DNA of 64,000 bases from Alphaproteobacteria bacterium (GCA_038131935.1 JAYPQH010000030.1:44067-108066), one strand, 5' to 3'. Numbered from the stretch's first letter, positions 21,162 to 32,511 are shown. Program-made: numbers and translations. The notes: generated from the letters alone by a model not told the origin.

Positions 21162-22046
21162 ATGAGTGGGTCATTGCTTGTCCTCATAGCCACCATAGCA
21201 TTGGCCTTTAAGGGGATTATCGCCAGCCTTATTTTTCAATATGGATTGGGTGTTTCTGAACTCGTTACGTTGAGATTTGTAATTTCAGCGCCTTTTTTCC
21301 TTTTGTTTTGTCTGCTCAGTTGGTCACAGAGGTCACATATCCAACGTCAAGATATTCCTGGTTTGGCCGCCTTAAGTGCCTTGTTCTTTGTCGGGACATA
21401 CGCCGATGCTGTCTCCGTGAAATATCTTGGGGCGGGTTTGTCCCGTATGATTTTATTCCTTTTTCCCCTATTCATTATGATTTATGACGCTTTTCGCTCA
21501 CAGCAAATCCCATCTTGGGAGAAATTGGCGGTCTTCTCAATTGCCTATTTGGGAATAGGTTTGATGATATTGGGGCCAGGACTTCAGTCACTAACCCATG
21601 AAATATGGATAGGGGTAGCGTGTGGGCTTACGTCCGCGCTCACCTATGCAACTTTTCTGAGGTTGAACCAGCATATGCTCAAATCCGTAAGACCTCAGGC
21701 CATTAACGCCCAAGTGGCGTTGGTGGCTTCCGTGATGATGTTAACCCTTGAGGGTCAAAGCCTTGATCTTAGCCCCATGAATGGTGAGGTTTGGGCTTTG
21801 ATTATCTTGCTCGCTATTGCGGCCACTGTCATCCCATTTTGGTTGATGTTAGAGGGTATGCGGAGAACCACAGCTGGACATGCATCCTTAATTGCCATGG
21901 TAGGTCCAGCCATAACCATGACTGCAGCGATGGTGATACTCAATGAGCAATTTAGCTTGATACAATGGGTAGGTTTTGCATTGATCATGGTGGGTATGGG
22001 GGTTTTACAATGGCCATCTCAAAGGGCAAAGTCAGCTTCACCCTAA
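21162..22046 (+). CDS. EamA/DMT-superfamily transporter
   Basis: 294 aa, ten predicted TM segments, duplicated EamA-like halves. Confidence 0.7.
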   Translation: MSGSLLVLIATIALAFKGIIASLIFQYGLGVSELVTLRFVISAPFFLLFCLLSWSQRSHIQRQDIPGLAALSALFFVGTYADAVSVKYLGAGLSRMILFLFPLFIMIYDAFRSQQIPSWEKLAVFSIAYLGIGLMILGPGLQSLTHEIWIGVACGLTSALTYATFLRLNQHMLKSVRPQAINAQVALVASVMMLTLEGQSLDLSPMNGEVWALIILLAIAATVIPFWLMLEGMRRTTAGHASLIAMVGPAITMTAAMVILNEQFSLIQWVGFALIMVGMGVLQWPSQRAKSASP

Positions 22047-22066
22047 GCCCTGCTCGCATGTTTTTC

Positions 22067-22585
22067 TTAAGATGTTGAACAAGCTGCCTTTGCGAGACCA
22101 TCTGGCATTGCGTCCTGCCAAGCATCTTTTGCTACCTGATAGTTGGCTTGTAGCAACTGTTCCTTGTCACGGATCAAGGCGAGCTTTTCCTCTGCACAAT
22201 CAACCAAAACCAAGGCTTTGAGTGGCTGTTGGTAGCGTGCCCGCAAATGGCTCTCTACAAGACGTAAGCTAGGCTTGTCAGATGGGGTTTGCACGGCTGA
22301 TGGGTCAATAGCGGCAAAGCGTAAAACCCGAGGAGCCACAAAACTCCACGGTGCGAAAAGACTCTGACTTGGGAATGTTTCTGCCACCACAAGATGGGGA
22401 GGAAGCGCACGCTGCGCGTGCGCAAACCAGCTATATTGTTGGTACATGCTATGCCCCATGACGCCGATCAATACGGCCACAGGTGTCACAAAAAAAGGTA
22501 ATGGCTTTGCATACCGTGAAATAAGCTGAACCAATGCAAACATTACGAGTCCAGCCAGCAAGCTGGTTAGCAAATCAACAGCCAT
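22067..22585 (-). CDS. hypothetical membrane-anchored protein
   Basis: 172 aa, two N-terminal hydrophobic helices then a soluble domain; no family recognised. Confidence 0.4.
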   Translation of the reverse strand: MAVDLLTSLLAGLVMFALVQLISRYAKPLPFFVTPVAVLIGVMGHSMYQQYSWFAHAQRALPPHLVVAETFPSQSLFAPWSFVAPRVLRFAAIDPSAVQTPSDKPSLRLVESHLRARYQQPLKALVLVDCAEEKLALIRDKEQLLQANYQVAKDAWQDAMPDGLAKAACSTS

Positions 22586-22615
22586 ATTCCCATCACTTTT
22601 TTTGCGGCAACCTTA

Positions 22616-23365
22616 TTAGATTGCTAGATATTCCCGACGAAGATCAGCATTGTCCAGAACTTCTTTAGCCGTTCCATCAAACACCACCGAACCGGTGTCG
22701 AGTATCACGGAACGGTCGGACAATTCTAGGGCCGCAATGGCATTTTGTTCAACAATGATGGTTGTGATTCCTTGTTCGCGAATATGATGGAGTGTTTTTT
22801 CAATTTCTTGAACGATCACCGGTGCTAGCCCCTCGAAAGGTTCATCGAGCAATAAGACTTTAATATCGCGAGCAAGGGCCCTGGCAATGGCCAACATTTG
22901 CTGTTCACCACCTGACAAGGTAACGCCTTCTTGTTTCTTCCGCTCGCCAAGTCTTGGGAAAAGGTCATAGATTCGATCTAACGTCCAACCAACAGGTTCA
23001 ACAATCTGTGCCAGCTGAAGGTTTTCTTCAACAGTTAAGCCAGGAATAATACGCCTATCTTCAGGAACCAGCGCACAACCTGCAACCGCAGCTTCATGGG
23101 CTTTCATACTATGCAGATGCTGATGGTCGAGCCAGATTTCACCTTGGACCAATTGCGGGTCACCAAGTCTGGCAATGGTTCGCAACGTTGAGGTTTTACC
23201 TGCCCCGTTGCGGCCAAGTAACGCCAAGATTTCACCTTCATGAACATTAAAGCTTATTCCTTGAACAATGTAGCTTTCGCCATAATATGCGTGGACATTG
23301 TATAAGGACAGATAAGCGGGTGCTGTTGAGGCATGATTGGCATTTTTTTCAAGTTTGGATTCCAT
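22616..23365 (-). CDS. HAAT-family ABC transporter ATP-binding protein (LivF/UrtE-like)
   Basis: Start MESKLEKN.. with RBS GAGAGGA; Walker A GRNGAGKTS; signature LSGGEQQMLAIARAL. Confidence 0.8.
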   Translation of the reverse strand: MESKLEKNANHASTAPAYLSLYNVHAYYGESYIVQGISFNVHEGEILALLGRNGAGKTSTLRTIARLGDPQLVQGEIWLDHQHLHSMKAHEAAVAGCALVPEDRRIIPGLTVEENLQLAQIVEPVGWTLDRIYDLFPRLGERKKQEGVTLSGGEQQMLAIARALARDIKVLLLDEPFEGLAPVIVQEIEKTLHHIREQGITTIIVEQNAIAALELSDRSVILDTGSVVFDGTAKEVLDNADLRREYLAI

Positions 23366-23378
23366 AATATCAGTCCTC

Positions 23379-24134
23379 TCAACCATGCCCGCCAAGATAA
23401 GCTTCTTGAACTTTGGGGTGACCTTTGATGTTTTCTGGCTTGTCATCGACAAGTGGCGTGCCGCGCGCCATGACGGTGACATGCTCTGCGAGAGAAAAGA
23501 CAACATGCATATCATGTTCGATGATGGCCATGGTAATTTTTCGCTTGGAACGAATTTCTTTAAGCAAATCGATGGTGTTGTTGGTATCTGCACGCGCCAT
23601 GCCTGCGGTCGGTTCATCCAACAACAAAAGCTCAGGTTCTTGGCTGAGACACATGGCCATTTCCAGACGCCTTTTGTCACCTCGCGACATACTTGCTGCG
23701 CGCATCTGCCTTTTATCAATCATGTTCACATCTTGGAGCATCATCTCAGCTTGCTCCAGGATATCTCTCTCATCGCGAACAGCACGAAAAGCTTTTAAGC
23801 TGAATGAGCCGTCCCTTTTGGCCAACAAGGGTATCAAGATATTCTCCATCACCGTCAGATCGCCAAAGATTTCTGGTGTTTGAAAGACCCTGCTGATTCC
23901 CAGCTGGTTAATTTGGTAGGGTTTGCGCCCAATCAAGCTAGCCCCTTTGAACGTAACGGTCCCTTCATCAGGTGTGAGTTTCCCAACAAGGCAATTCAGC
24001 AAGGTCGATTTGCCCGCCCCATTGGGGCCAATAATGGCATGGACGCTATCTTCCTTGATGGCGATGTTAACGTTGTCTAGTGCTTTGAGTCCTCCAAAAC
24101 GTTTGGAGACGCCTTTGATTTCAAGTATGCTCAA
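23379..24134 (-). CDS. HAAT-family ABC transporter ATP-binding protein (LivG/UrtD-like)
   Basis: Walker A GPNGAGKST; signature MSRGDKRRLEMAMCL; Walker B LLLDEP. Confidence 0.8.
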   Translation of the reverse strand: MSILEIKGVSKRFGGLKALDNVNIAIKEDSVHAIIGPNGAGKSTLLNCLVGKLTPDEGTVTFKGASLIGRKPYQINQLGISRVFQTPEIFGDLTVMENILIPLLAKRDGSFSLKAFRAVRDERDILEQAEMMLQDVNMIDKRQMRAASMSRGDKRRLEMAMCLSQEPELLLLDEPTAGMARADTNNTIDLLKEIRSKRKITMAIIEHDMHVVFSLAEHVTVMARGTPLVDDKPENIKGHPKVQEAYLGGHG

Positions 24135-24145
24135 CTGCTTGCTCC

Positions 24146-25351
24146 TTATTCTGAAGGTTCAACTTGCCGTTGGGTTTGGCCGGCAGAATTTTTTTCGTTA
24201 TTTTTACTGAACATTTTACCGATCTTTTGAGCGCCCTCGACAAGACCACCTGGTAGGAAAATCACAACCAGCATAAATACCAAGCCAAGTGTAAGATGCC
24301 AGCCTTTACCAACAAAGGGGTAAAAAATTGCAACGATAACGTCTTCCAATCCATCAGGCATGAAGGCGAACCATTGATGCAAAATCTCAGAATTGATCTT
24401 GGATATGATGTTTTCCATATATTTGATCACACTTGCTCCCAAGATCGGTCCAATCAAAGTTCCCACCCCGCCAAGAATGGTCATCAGAACCACTTCGCCA
24501 CTGGCGGTCCAAAACATGCGTTCGGGGCCTACTTGGGTATCCATGGCAACCATTAAGCCGCCAGCAAGGCCAGCATACATACCGGAGATCACAAAGGCAG
24601 CAAGCGTATGTGGTTTTGGGCTCAAACCCGTGTAATTCATTCGCTGCTGATTGGATTTCACTGCACGCAACATCATCCCAAATGGTGATCGGAATATGCG
24701 GATCGCAATATATAAGCTGACCAGCATGAACAGTGCTGCCACATAATAGCCCATGTTAAAGGTGAAGGCCCATTGTCCCAATTCCCACTCAATGCTGTTG
24801 GTCATTTGAATACCAAACAATTCCGCCCGTGGGGCTTCCCCAGGTTGCAAAGCAGCATCTAATATCCGTGGATCGTCTAATTTTGGTTGCAAGCCTGTTT
24901 CTCCACCTGTAATTGGCGTGAGAACCGAATAGGCAAGAGCATAAGACATTTGAGCAAAAGCCAAGGTGAGAATAGAGAAATAAATTCCAGTTCTTCTGAG
25001 TGAAACATAACCCACCAACACTGAAAATAACCCTGCAATCAGGACAGCCATAATGATGGCTGGGAAAACATTTACCGTAAACAATTTGATCATCCAAATC
25101 GCTGCATAGCTTCCCACGCCTAAAAAGGCTGCATGGCCGAAGGAAAGATAGCCGGTTAATCCAAATAAAATATTAAACCCGATGGCAAAAATACCAAAAA
25201 TGACAAATCGCTGCATCAAGTCAGGATAGCCTGCATTGAATTGTGCCAGTTCGGAACCCTCTGGAAAGGGGTTCAATAGGATAGGCGCAAACATGGTGAG
25301 GATCGCCACCACGATGAAAAGAAACAGATCTTTGCGTTCAAGTCCGAGCAT
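24146..25351 (-). CDS. HAAT-family ABC transporter permease (LivM/UrtC-like)
   Basis: 401 aa polytopic membrane protein; [12 protein letters not shown] permease motif. Confidence 0.8.
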   Translation of the reverse strand: MLGLERKDLFLFIVVAILTMFAPILLNPFPEGSELAQFNAGYPDLMQRFVIFGIFAIGFNILFGLTGYLSFGHAAFLGVGSYAAIWMIKLFTVNVFPAIIMAVLIAGLFSVLVGYVSLRRTGIYFSILTLAFAQMSYALAYSVLTPITGGETGLQPKLDDPRILDAALQPGEAPRAELFGIQMTNSIEWELGQWAFTFNMGYYVAALFMLVSLYIAIRIFRSPFGMMLRAVKSNQQRMNYTGLSPKPHTLAAFVISGMYAGLAGGLMVAMDTQVGPERMFWTASGEVVLMTILGGVGTLIGPILGASVIKYMENIISKINSEILHQWFAFMPDGLEDVIVAIFYPFVGKGWHLTLGLVFMLVVIFLPGGLVEGAQKIGKMFSKNNEKNSAGQTQRQVEPSE

Positions 25352-25354
25352 GAC

Positions 25355-26395
25355 TTAGTCCTCCATCACGCCGCGACGGCCCATAAGGCCGCGAGGACGG
25401 GTCAATAGGATGATGATGGCCACCAGATAAATAATGATTTGGTTGATGCCTGGGATAAAGGCGATGACTTCCTTCATGGATGCGAAGCTCTCGAGAATAC
25501 CTAGCAAAAAACCTGCCAAGACAGCCCCAGGAAGCGAACCCATGCCACCGACGACGACAACCACAAAGCTTAAGACAAGAAAGTCCATGCCCATATGATA
25601 ATTGGGGGCATTAATGGGGGTGTACATCAATCCAGCCAAACCTGCGACAACCGCCGCCAAGGCAAACATTATGGTAAAACGACGATCGATATTGATACCC
25701 AACAACCCAACAGTTTCTCGATCTGCCATCCCCGCGCGTACAACCATACCAAAGGTGGTGAATTGTAAAAAACAGAAGACAGCACCGATAATTGTTAAAG
25801 AAAATAGAAAGTAAACGAGGCGCCAATAAGGGTAAATAATGCTATTTTCTGCAAGACCAATCATCGCACCAAAATCAAAGCTACCTGCAAAAACTTCAGG
25901 AGCTGGGGTTGGGATAGGGTTGGCGCCATAAAACAACTTGATGATTTCTTGAAGAACAATGGCAAGTCCAAAGGTGACCAAGATCTGGTCAGCATGGGGT
26001 CTTTTGTAAAAATGTTTGATCAGGCCACGCTCCATCGCAAAGCCTATGGCAATCATCACAGGTATCGCAAAAACAATGGCTAAGGGCACTGCCCAGTCGA
26101 GCACAAATCCACCCCATTCTGCGCCCAACCAATGCTCTATATAAGGGGTGTCAACCTTGAGGGGGTTTCCTAAAAAATCTTTGCGGGTAGGATCGATCGT
26201 TTCAAACGAGATATTGATAAGACGCTGAAATGTGACCGCGCAGAATGCTCCCACCATGAAAAGTGCGCCATGGGCGAAGTTGACAACACCAAGTGTTCCA
26301 AAAATCAATGTAAGTCCCAGAGCGATCAGGGCATAAGCGGACCCCTTATCTAAGCCGTTGAGTATTTGCAACAAAATTGCATCCATCATCCCCAC
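25355..26395 (-). CDS. HAAT-family ABC transporter permease (LivH/UrtB-like)
   Basis: 346 aa polytopic membrane protein adjacent to the other permease. Confidence 0.8.
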   Translation of the reverse strand: MGMMDAILLQILNGLDKGSAYALIALGLTLIFGTLGVVNFAHGALFMVGAFCAVTFQRLINISFETIDPTRKDFLGNPLKVDTPYIEHWLGAEWGGFVLDWAVPLAIVFAIPVMIAIGFAMERGLIKHFYKRPHADQILVTFGLAIVLQEIIKLFYGANPIPTPAPEVFAGSFDFGAMIGLAENSIIYPYWRLVYFLFSLTIIGAVFCFLQFTTFGMVVRAGMADRETVGLLGINIDRRFTIMFALAAVVAGLAGLMYTPINAPNYHMGMDFLVLSFVVVVVGGMGSLPGAVLAGFLLGILESFASMKEVIAFIPGINQIIIYLVAIIILLTRPRGLMGRRGVMED

Positions 26396-26488
26396 CTTTC
26401 ACTGCATGACGTAAGCCTGGCACATATGAGATATGGCCAGTTAAAGAAGCCAGCCGTAAGGCGGCTGGCTTGTTCGATTGTAGGACTA

Positions 26489-27916
26489 TTAGGCGCCTGG
26501 GTTGCAGGTTCCCAGATTGCCGCCAAAAATGGCTGCATCATAGGTAACTTGAGAAACAGGCGTGATTTCAACAACTTCCAGAAGGTCGAATTCTGAGGTG
26601 GGGTTTTCTTTACCACGCACAACCAGAACGTCTTTGAAGCATTGGTGGTCATTGGCGCGGTAGAGTGTTGGACCATTGCCCAAGCCGTCGAATTTGAATC
26701 CTTCCAAAGCTTCCACAACCGCACAAGGGTTGAAGCTTTTGGCCCTTGTAACAGCATCCGCATACAATAAGGTTTGGCAATATACGGTATGTGCCGCCTG
26801 GCTTGGTGGGAAGCCATACTTTTCACCAAACGAACGCACAAATGCGGCTGACGCAGCATCTGGTGCAATTTGGTTGCCTTTGGCGTCTTTGAAACCTTGA
26901 GCCAAGGACCAATGCCAGTTGGTTGATCCAAAAATGCCCTTAACGTTGGCACCTGCACCCTTAGCCATCAAACGAGAATATAGGGGAACAACAATTTCAA
27001 AGTTTTTCCCATTAACTTGTTTAGAGCGGAGTCCAAACTGCACAGCATTGGTCAATGAGTTAACCATATTGCCGCCATAATGGTTGAGGACGAGTACGTC
27101 GGCACCCGATTGCAACACAGGGGCAATATAGGAAGAAAAGTCCGTTTGCGTTAAGGGTGTACGCACTGCAGCAACTGTTTCCCAACCCATGGCCTCAGTT
27201 GAATTTTTGACGGCTTCTTCCGTTGTGTACCCCCAGTTATAGTCGGCGGTAAGGTGGTAAGCCTTGCGGTCTTTGCCATAAGCTCCAGCAAGAACCGGCG
27301 CCAGGGCTGCACCTGACATGTAAGAGTTGAAGAAGTGACGGAAGCCGTTGGCTTTTTTGTCTTTTCCAGTTGTATCATTGGAGTGGGTTAGGCCAGCCAT
27401 GAAGATGACACCAGCTTCTTGGCAAAGTGCTTGCACAGCCACAGCCACACCTGATGATGAACCACCGGTGATCATGATGGCGCCATCTTTTTCAATCATG
27501 GAGCGTGCTGACGCACGCGCGGCGTCTGATTTTGTCTGGGTATCACCTGTCACATAGGTAACTTTCTTCCCCAAAATACCTGTTCCATCAAGAACCTTCG
27601 AAGAAAAGGTATTAAGCATACCGCCATCACCGACGCCATTGAGGTGGTCGACAGCCAATTTATAGGCACGCAATTCGTCCGCACCCTCATCAGCGTAAGC
27701 GCCTGTTTGAGGTACGTTAAAGCCTAATGTGACTGTGCTACCTGTGGGAGCATTGGTGAAGCCACTATGACCACCAGCCCATGAAGCTGATGTGAAGATT
27801 GTTGGCATTGCCAACCCTACACCAGCTGCCGTTGACACTTTTAACATGTCCCTGCGGGACCATTTTGTATGAGCGCTCAAATTACCCTCCCTTGGTTTCG
27901 TTATGGCGCAACGCAT
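26489..27916 (-). CDS. periplasmic substrate-binding protein of the HAAT transporter, with Tat-type signal; substrate unknown (amino acid, urea or short amide)
   Basis: Twin-arginine motif WSRRDMLKVSTAAGVGLA; type-I PBP fold; heads the five-gene operon. Confidence 0.7.
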   Translation of the reverse strand: MRCAITKPREGNLSAHTKWSRRDMLKVSTAAGVGLAMPTIFTSASWAGGHSGFTNAPTGSTVTLGFNVPQTGAYADEGADELRAYKLAVDHLNGVGDGGMLNTFSSKVLDGTGILGKKVTYVTGDTQTKSDAARASARSMIEKDGAIMITGGSSSGVAVAVQALCQEAGVIFMAGLTHSNDTTGKDKKANGFRHFFNSYMSGAALAPVLAGAYGKDRKAYHLTADYNWGYTTEEAVKNSTEAMGWETVAAVRTPLTQTDFSSYIAPVLQSGADVLVLNHYGGNMVNSLTNAVQFGLRSKQVNGKNFEIVVPLYSRLMAKGAGANVKGIFGSTNWHWSLAQGFKDAKGNQIAPDAASAAFVRSFGEKYGFPPSQAAHTVYCQTLLYADAVTRAKSFNPCAVVEALEGFKFDGLGNGPTLYRANDHQCFKDVLVVRGKENPTSEFDLLEVVEITPVSQVTYDAAIFGGNLGTCNPGA

Positions 27917-28137
27917 GAAGTGTTTTGGGTATTTTTTTCTTGTTATTCGTCCACTACACTTGACTGCTAAAATAGGCAGACATGAAGATACATCACAATA
28001 AAAATTATCACTGTATTTGTAATACTTTAGGGCAAGATAATGCAGGTTTTTGGGCGATGCTTAGACTTTTGTAGTTGTCCTTTTGTCGTAAATTGCTCTT
28101 TGATAATGTTACCTTGAAGCAACTTTATTGGTAAAAA

Positions 28138-31100
28138 ATGATGTTGGATCCTTTCTTCATTACTTTGATCCTTTCTATTTATCTTGCGTTCCTCATTTTT
28201 GCAGCTGCGAAATTGGAGCATGTAAGTAGGTCTTCACGCGTTGCGCCCTTGGTCTATGTTTTGGGTCTTGCTGTATATTGTACCTCATGGACATTTTTTG
28301 GCTCAGTAGGCCTGGCAGCCAACTCCGGTTGGGCATTCGCATTTGTTTATCTTGGACCGATCTTTTTGTTCATCGCTGGTCGCTCCTTCCTTCAACGATT
28401 TGTTGATATGGCCAGGGATAACAATGTGACCTCATTGGCGGACTTTTTAGGGGCCCGTTATGGGAAGAGTCGAGGTCTTGCTGTTATGGTAACGCTCACC
28501 ATGTTGCTGGTTTCACTTCCTTATCTGGCACTTCAAATCAAAGCTATTGATAATTCAGTAGGTTTTTTGGTGGCTTCTGATGATGTAGGGGAAGGGATTT
28601 CATTGCCGCTTTTGTTGGTGCTGGCATTTTTTGCAACCTCCTTCATTGGACGTGATGGGGGGGTGTCTGCACGATCAAATGGATTGTTGGTCACGGTCGT
28701 CATTGAATCTGCGCTCAAAATCACCGCCGCGGTTTTGGTAGGAGGCAGCCTGATGGTGCTGTTTGGAGAGCAACAGGTTTTTCGACAAGAAGCATGGCAA
28801 CAAATTTCTATCAAGACGCCACCATGGCCGGACATGGCCATTATTACATTGATTTCCGCGGCTGCAGCACTTTGTTTGCCGAGGCAATTTCATATGATGG
28901 TTCTTGAATATCCTAAAAAACAAGACGGTTTGAAAGCCGCATCATGGGGGTTCCCTCTTTATCTTGTCTTGATCAACCTCTTTGTTGTGCCTGTCGCCAT
29001 GATTGGCAGCGATATGTTTGGACAAACACCCATGCCCGCAGATCTCTATCTTTTGGCGGTTCCCTCTGCTGTTCAAGCAGACTGGCTGGCCGTTTTGGCT
29101 CTTTTGGGTGGGTTTTCCGCCGCCACAGCCATGATATTGGTTACCTCTTTTGCACTGTCTACCATGATTACCAACGAAGTGATGGTGCCAACGGTCCTGA
29201 CTTTTTCATCCCGCGGGGATCGGTTTGATGCGCGTAAGTTGGTTATTTATCGCAGGGCAGCAATCGTATTGATCTTACTGTCTTCATACATGGCCTACCG
29301 TTGGATGGCTCATGATCGTGGCTTATGGAAATCGGACTGGTGTCATTTGCAGGTGTGGCCCAATTTGCTCCACCTTTGGTTGCCGCTGTGCTTTGGCAAA
29401 AAGCAAGTAAAAAGGGCGCTGTCATCGGTCTCAGCATGGGGCTATTATCTTGGGTCTGTTTGGTTATGGTGCCTGAATTGGGGCTAGGTATGCCTCAATT
29501 GGCTTTGGAACATTGGTTCCCTGGCGTCTTGTTGCCTTTGCTACCCGGTGAGACAAATTTTTCCCAAGCGACCTTATTATCTATAGGTCTAAATGTTGTC
29601 TGCCTTGTGTTGTTTTCAAAAGTTTTTCCCGCCACAAAAACAGAGCATTTGCAAACCCTACGCTTCACAGATCCTTTTCGGGCGGTTCGCCGACATCGGG
29701 AACGTGTTTTAGAAAATGGTTATGGCACGATCACAGTGGGTGATCTTCGGCAATTGTTAGAACCATATTTAGGCGAAAATGCGGTGCAACAATTGTTGCG
29801 TGAAAAGGCTGAAATATCGGGGCAGCTCATTGCTGACCAAACCCCCGTAAGTATCACTCTTTTGCGTGATGGAGAAAGATTACTTGCAGGGGTTCTAGGG
29901 GTCTCTAGCGCGCGCCTCGTTTTAGGTATGGCGTTAGAAAGACAAAGGTTAAATGTTGACGTAACCATGTCTTTGTTGGATGACGCGACGGAAGCTATCC
30001 AGTATTCTCGTGCCGTGTTGGAGGCGACCATTGAGAATGTCTCTCAAGGCATAGGTGTTTTTGACCAAAATTTAACCTTGATTTGTCGAAACGAACATTT
30101 TGTTGATCGACTAAGATTGCCACAGCGTCTGGTTGGTATAGGCACGCCCCTAGAAGACATCCTCGTCTATCTGGCTCAAATCGGCGACTTTGGTCCCGGT
30201 GATATTCATGACCTTGTGGCTCAGAGGATGGCGGTTTATCGACGCGAGGAGGAAGAACGTTTGGTGCGTACCCGACCTGATGGAACGGTTCTGGAAATCA
30301 TCACCACGCCGATACCAAACCTTGGTGTTGTCGCGAGTTATAATGACATTACAGATGAAGTGCGGGCTCAGGAGACGTTAAAAATGGCAAACGCCTTGTT
30401 GGAGCGTAGGGTAGGTGAACGTACAAGAGAATTGCGAGATACCAACAAGGCATTGCGCCAAGCGCAACTTCAAGCGGAACAAGCCAATCGCTCCAAAACG
30501 AGGTTTCTGGCAGCTGCAAGTCATGACCTCTTGCAACCTCTGAATGCCGCACGGTTGTTCGTGTCATCGCTTGAAGGAAGGATCGATGCACAAGATGATC
30601 GGCTGCTGCTGCAGCGTGCCGAAGTATCTTTGGCGGCTGTTGATGACTTGTTAAACACGTTGCTTGATATCACAAAATTGGATGCTGGTGTGATGCCTGT
30701 TCATGTATCTCAATTCCCGTTGGATGATATCTTAGCGCCCTTGACCGTCGAATTCTCCGCCTTTGCTGAGCGAAAAAACCTCAAATTAATTTATGTGCCC
30801 ACGACAGCGATGGTTCGTTCAGATCCCAAATTGTTGCGGCGTGTGGTTGCAAACTTTCTTGCAAATGCGGTGCGTTATACAGAACAAGGTCGAATTCTTC
30901 TTGGATGTCGTCACCAAAATGATCAACTCATTTTGCAGGTGATAGACACGGGTGTGGGAATTGATGAACAGAAAATACCAGATATTTTCAAAGAATTTTC
31001 TCGATTGGAGAGCACAGAAAATATGTCCCATGGTTTGGGGTTAGGGCTCTCTATTGTTCAACGAATCGCCAACGCATTGGGTCATGAGCTGGGTATTGCC

Positions 31101-31586
31101 TCCAAATTGCGTAAAGGTACGCTCATGAGTATCAGCCTTCCTAAGGTGGCTCATAAAAAAGTTTTCACAACCAAGCCGGTGAAAGCAAAACCTCAAAATG
31201 CCAGTGGTTTTGAGGGTTTGCGGGCGTGGGTCATTGATGATGAACCTGATATACGTTTGGCGATGAAAACGCTTCTTGAGCGTTGGAAGCTTCACGTTGA
31301 GGTTTTTGCGACCGCAGGCGATGTGCTGCGCAGCTGTGAACAGGTGGGGCCGCCGGATCTATTATTGGCAGACAATTATCTTTCTTCTCAAGTCACTGGT
31401 ATGGATGTGATCACTCAGATCAAACATAAAAATCCAGCGGCCAAAGCAGTTTTGATCACTGCTGATCGAACTGATGCGCTTAAATCTCATGCCGACAATT
31501 TGTCCGTGCCGGTGCTCTATAAGCCCTTACGTCCAGCAGCGCTCAGGGCCACTTTGATGCATCTGGTGCAACGTACAGATCCGTGA
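28138..31586 (+). CDS. crbS: hybrid sensor histidine kinase with N-terminal sodium:solute-symporter (SSS) domain, HisKA, HATPase and C-terminal receiver (CrbS-like); frameshift near 29325-29487
   Basis: SSS-family N-terminus (13 TM); H-box TRFLAAASHDLLQPLN; G-boxes DTGVGI..GLGLGLSIV; receiver VIDDEPDIR..LLLAD; two overlapping frames. Confidence 0.75.
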
Positions 31587-31641
31587 TGTGTGCCTTTGTT
31601 GTCAAAAATGCTTAGGATCAATTCTTTAAGGGGCTTAATTG

Positions 31642-32319
31642 TTAAGTTTGCGTAGCTTCTTCCCGTGCCATGTTGGCGGATTTATCCTCAACAAGAAGTT
31701 TGCTTGCAACAATGACCGCTTGCGTACGGCTGTTGACGCCCAACTTTTGCAGAATTGCTGATACATGAGCTTTGACCGTCGCCTCTGAAATGTTAAGTTC
31801 ATAAGCAATTTGTTTGTTAAGCTTGCCCTCAGTTAAGAAGGTGAGCACACGTATTTGCTGCGGGGTCAATGATGCCATTCGGCGACCTAAATCCTGAGAA
31901 GCATCTGGCACTCCTGCTATCATATCAGCTGGAAAAGATGTCTCCCCAGATAAGACTTTTTCTATCGCCTCTTTGATCTCGCGTAGGCTAGATGACTTTG
32001 GAATATAACCAGAGGCACCAAATGAAGCTGCGGAGCGTATGACGTCGTCATCTTCAATGGCAGAGACAATGATGACTGGAATTTGCGGTTGATCCGCACG
32101 AAGATAGACCAAACCAGAAAAACCTCTCATCCCGGGCATGTTAAGATCCAAAACCATGAGTTCAGCATCTTGATGTCGGCCCAGTGCAGCATAAGCCTCA
32201 TCATAATCGGAGGTTTCAATGATGCGTATCTGAGGGTCTAAACTTGCGATGGCTTGTGACAGCGCCACACGAAATAAAGGATGATCATCCGCAACAATAA
32301 TCACGCGTCCTTGAGACAT
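31642..32319 (-). CDS. crbR: LuxR/NarL-family two-component response regulator (CrbR-like)
   Basis: Receiver VIIVADDHPLFR..LMVLDLNMPGM plus C-terminal HTH LTPQQIRVLTFLTEGKLNKQIAYELNISEATVKAHV. Confidence 0.75.
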   Translation of the reverse strand: MSQGRVIIVADDHPLFRVALSQAIASLDPQIRIIETSDYDEAYAALGRHQDAELMVLDLNMPGMRGFSGLVYLRADQPQIPVIIVSAIEDDDVIRSAASFGASGYIPKSSSLREIKEAIEKVLSGETSFPADMIAGVPDASQDLGRRMASLTPQQIRVLTFLTEGKLNKQIAYELNISEATVKAHVSAILQKLGVNSRTQAVIVASKLLVEDKSANMAREEATQT

Positions 32320-32511
32320 TTTACCAAATCCCTGTTTTTTTGTTTTATGCTCTATTATACCCATCAATCGTTAAGTTGATGTCAACCTTATTTTTTTGAT
32401 GCTGGGGGCTCATATGACCGTGACCATGCCGGATGACTGTTGGAATAAGTTTCCATTACCTTTTAGAGATGGTGATGGCTTAGAAGTTCATGAGGTTGAA
32501 CCGGGGGTATC

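Noticed and set aside
23337-23883. Two ~150-aa plus-strand ORFs (23337-23798, 23425-23883) inside the ABC ATPase genes
   Set aside because: They are antisense to well-conserved Walker-motif ATPases. Arg/Ser-rich shadow frames of GC-rich coding DNA.
26386-26958. 190-aa minus-strand ORF overlapping the 3' end of the binding-protein gene
   Set aside because: It is an out-of-frame overlap with the conserved binding protein, with no motifs.
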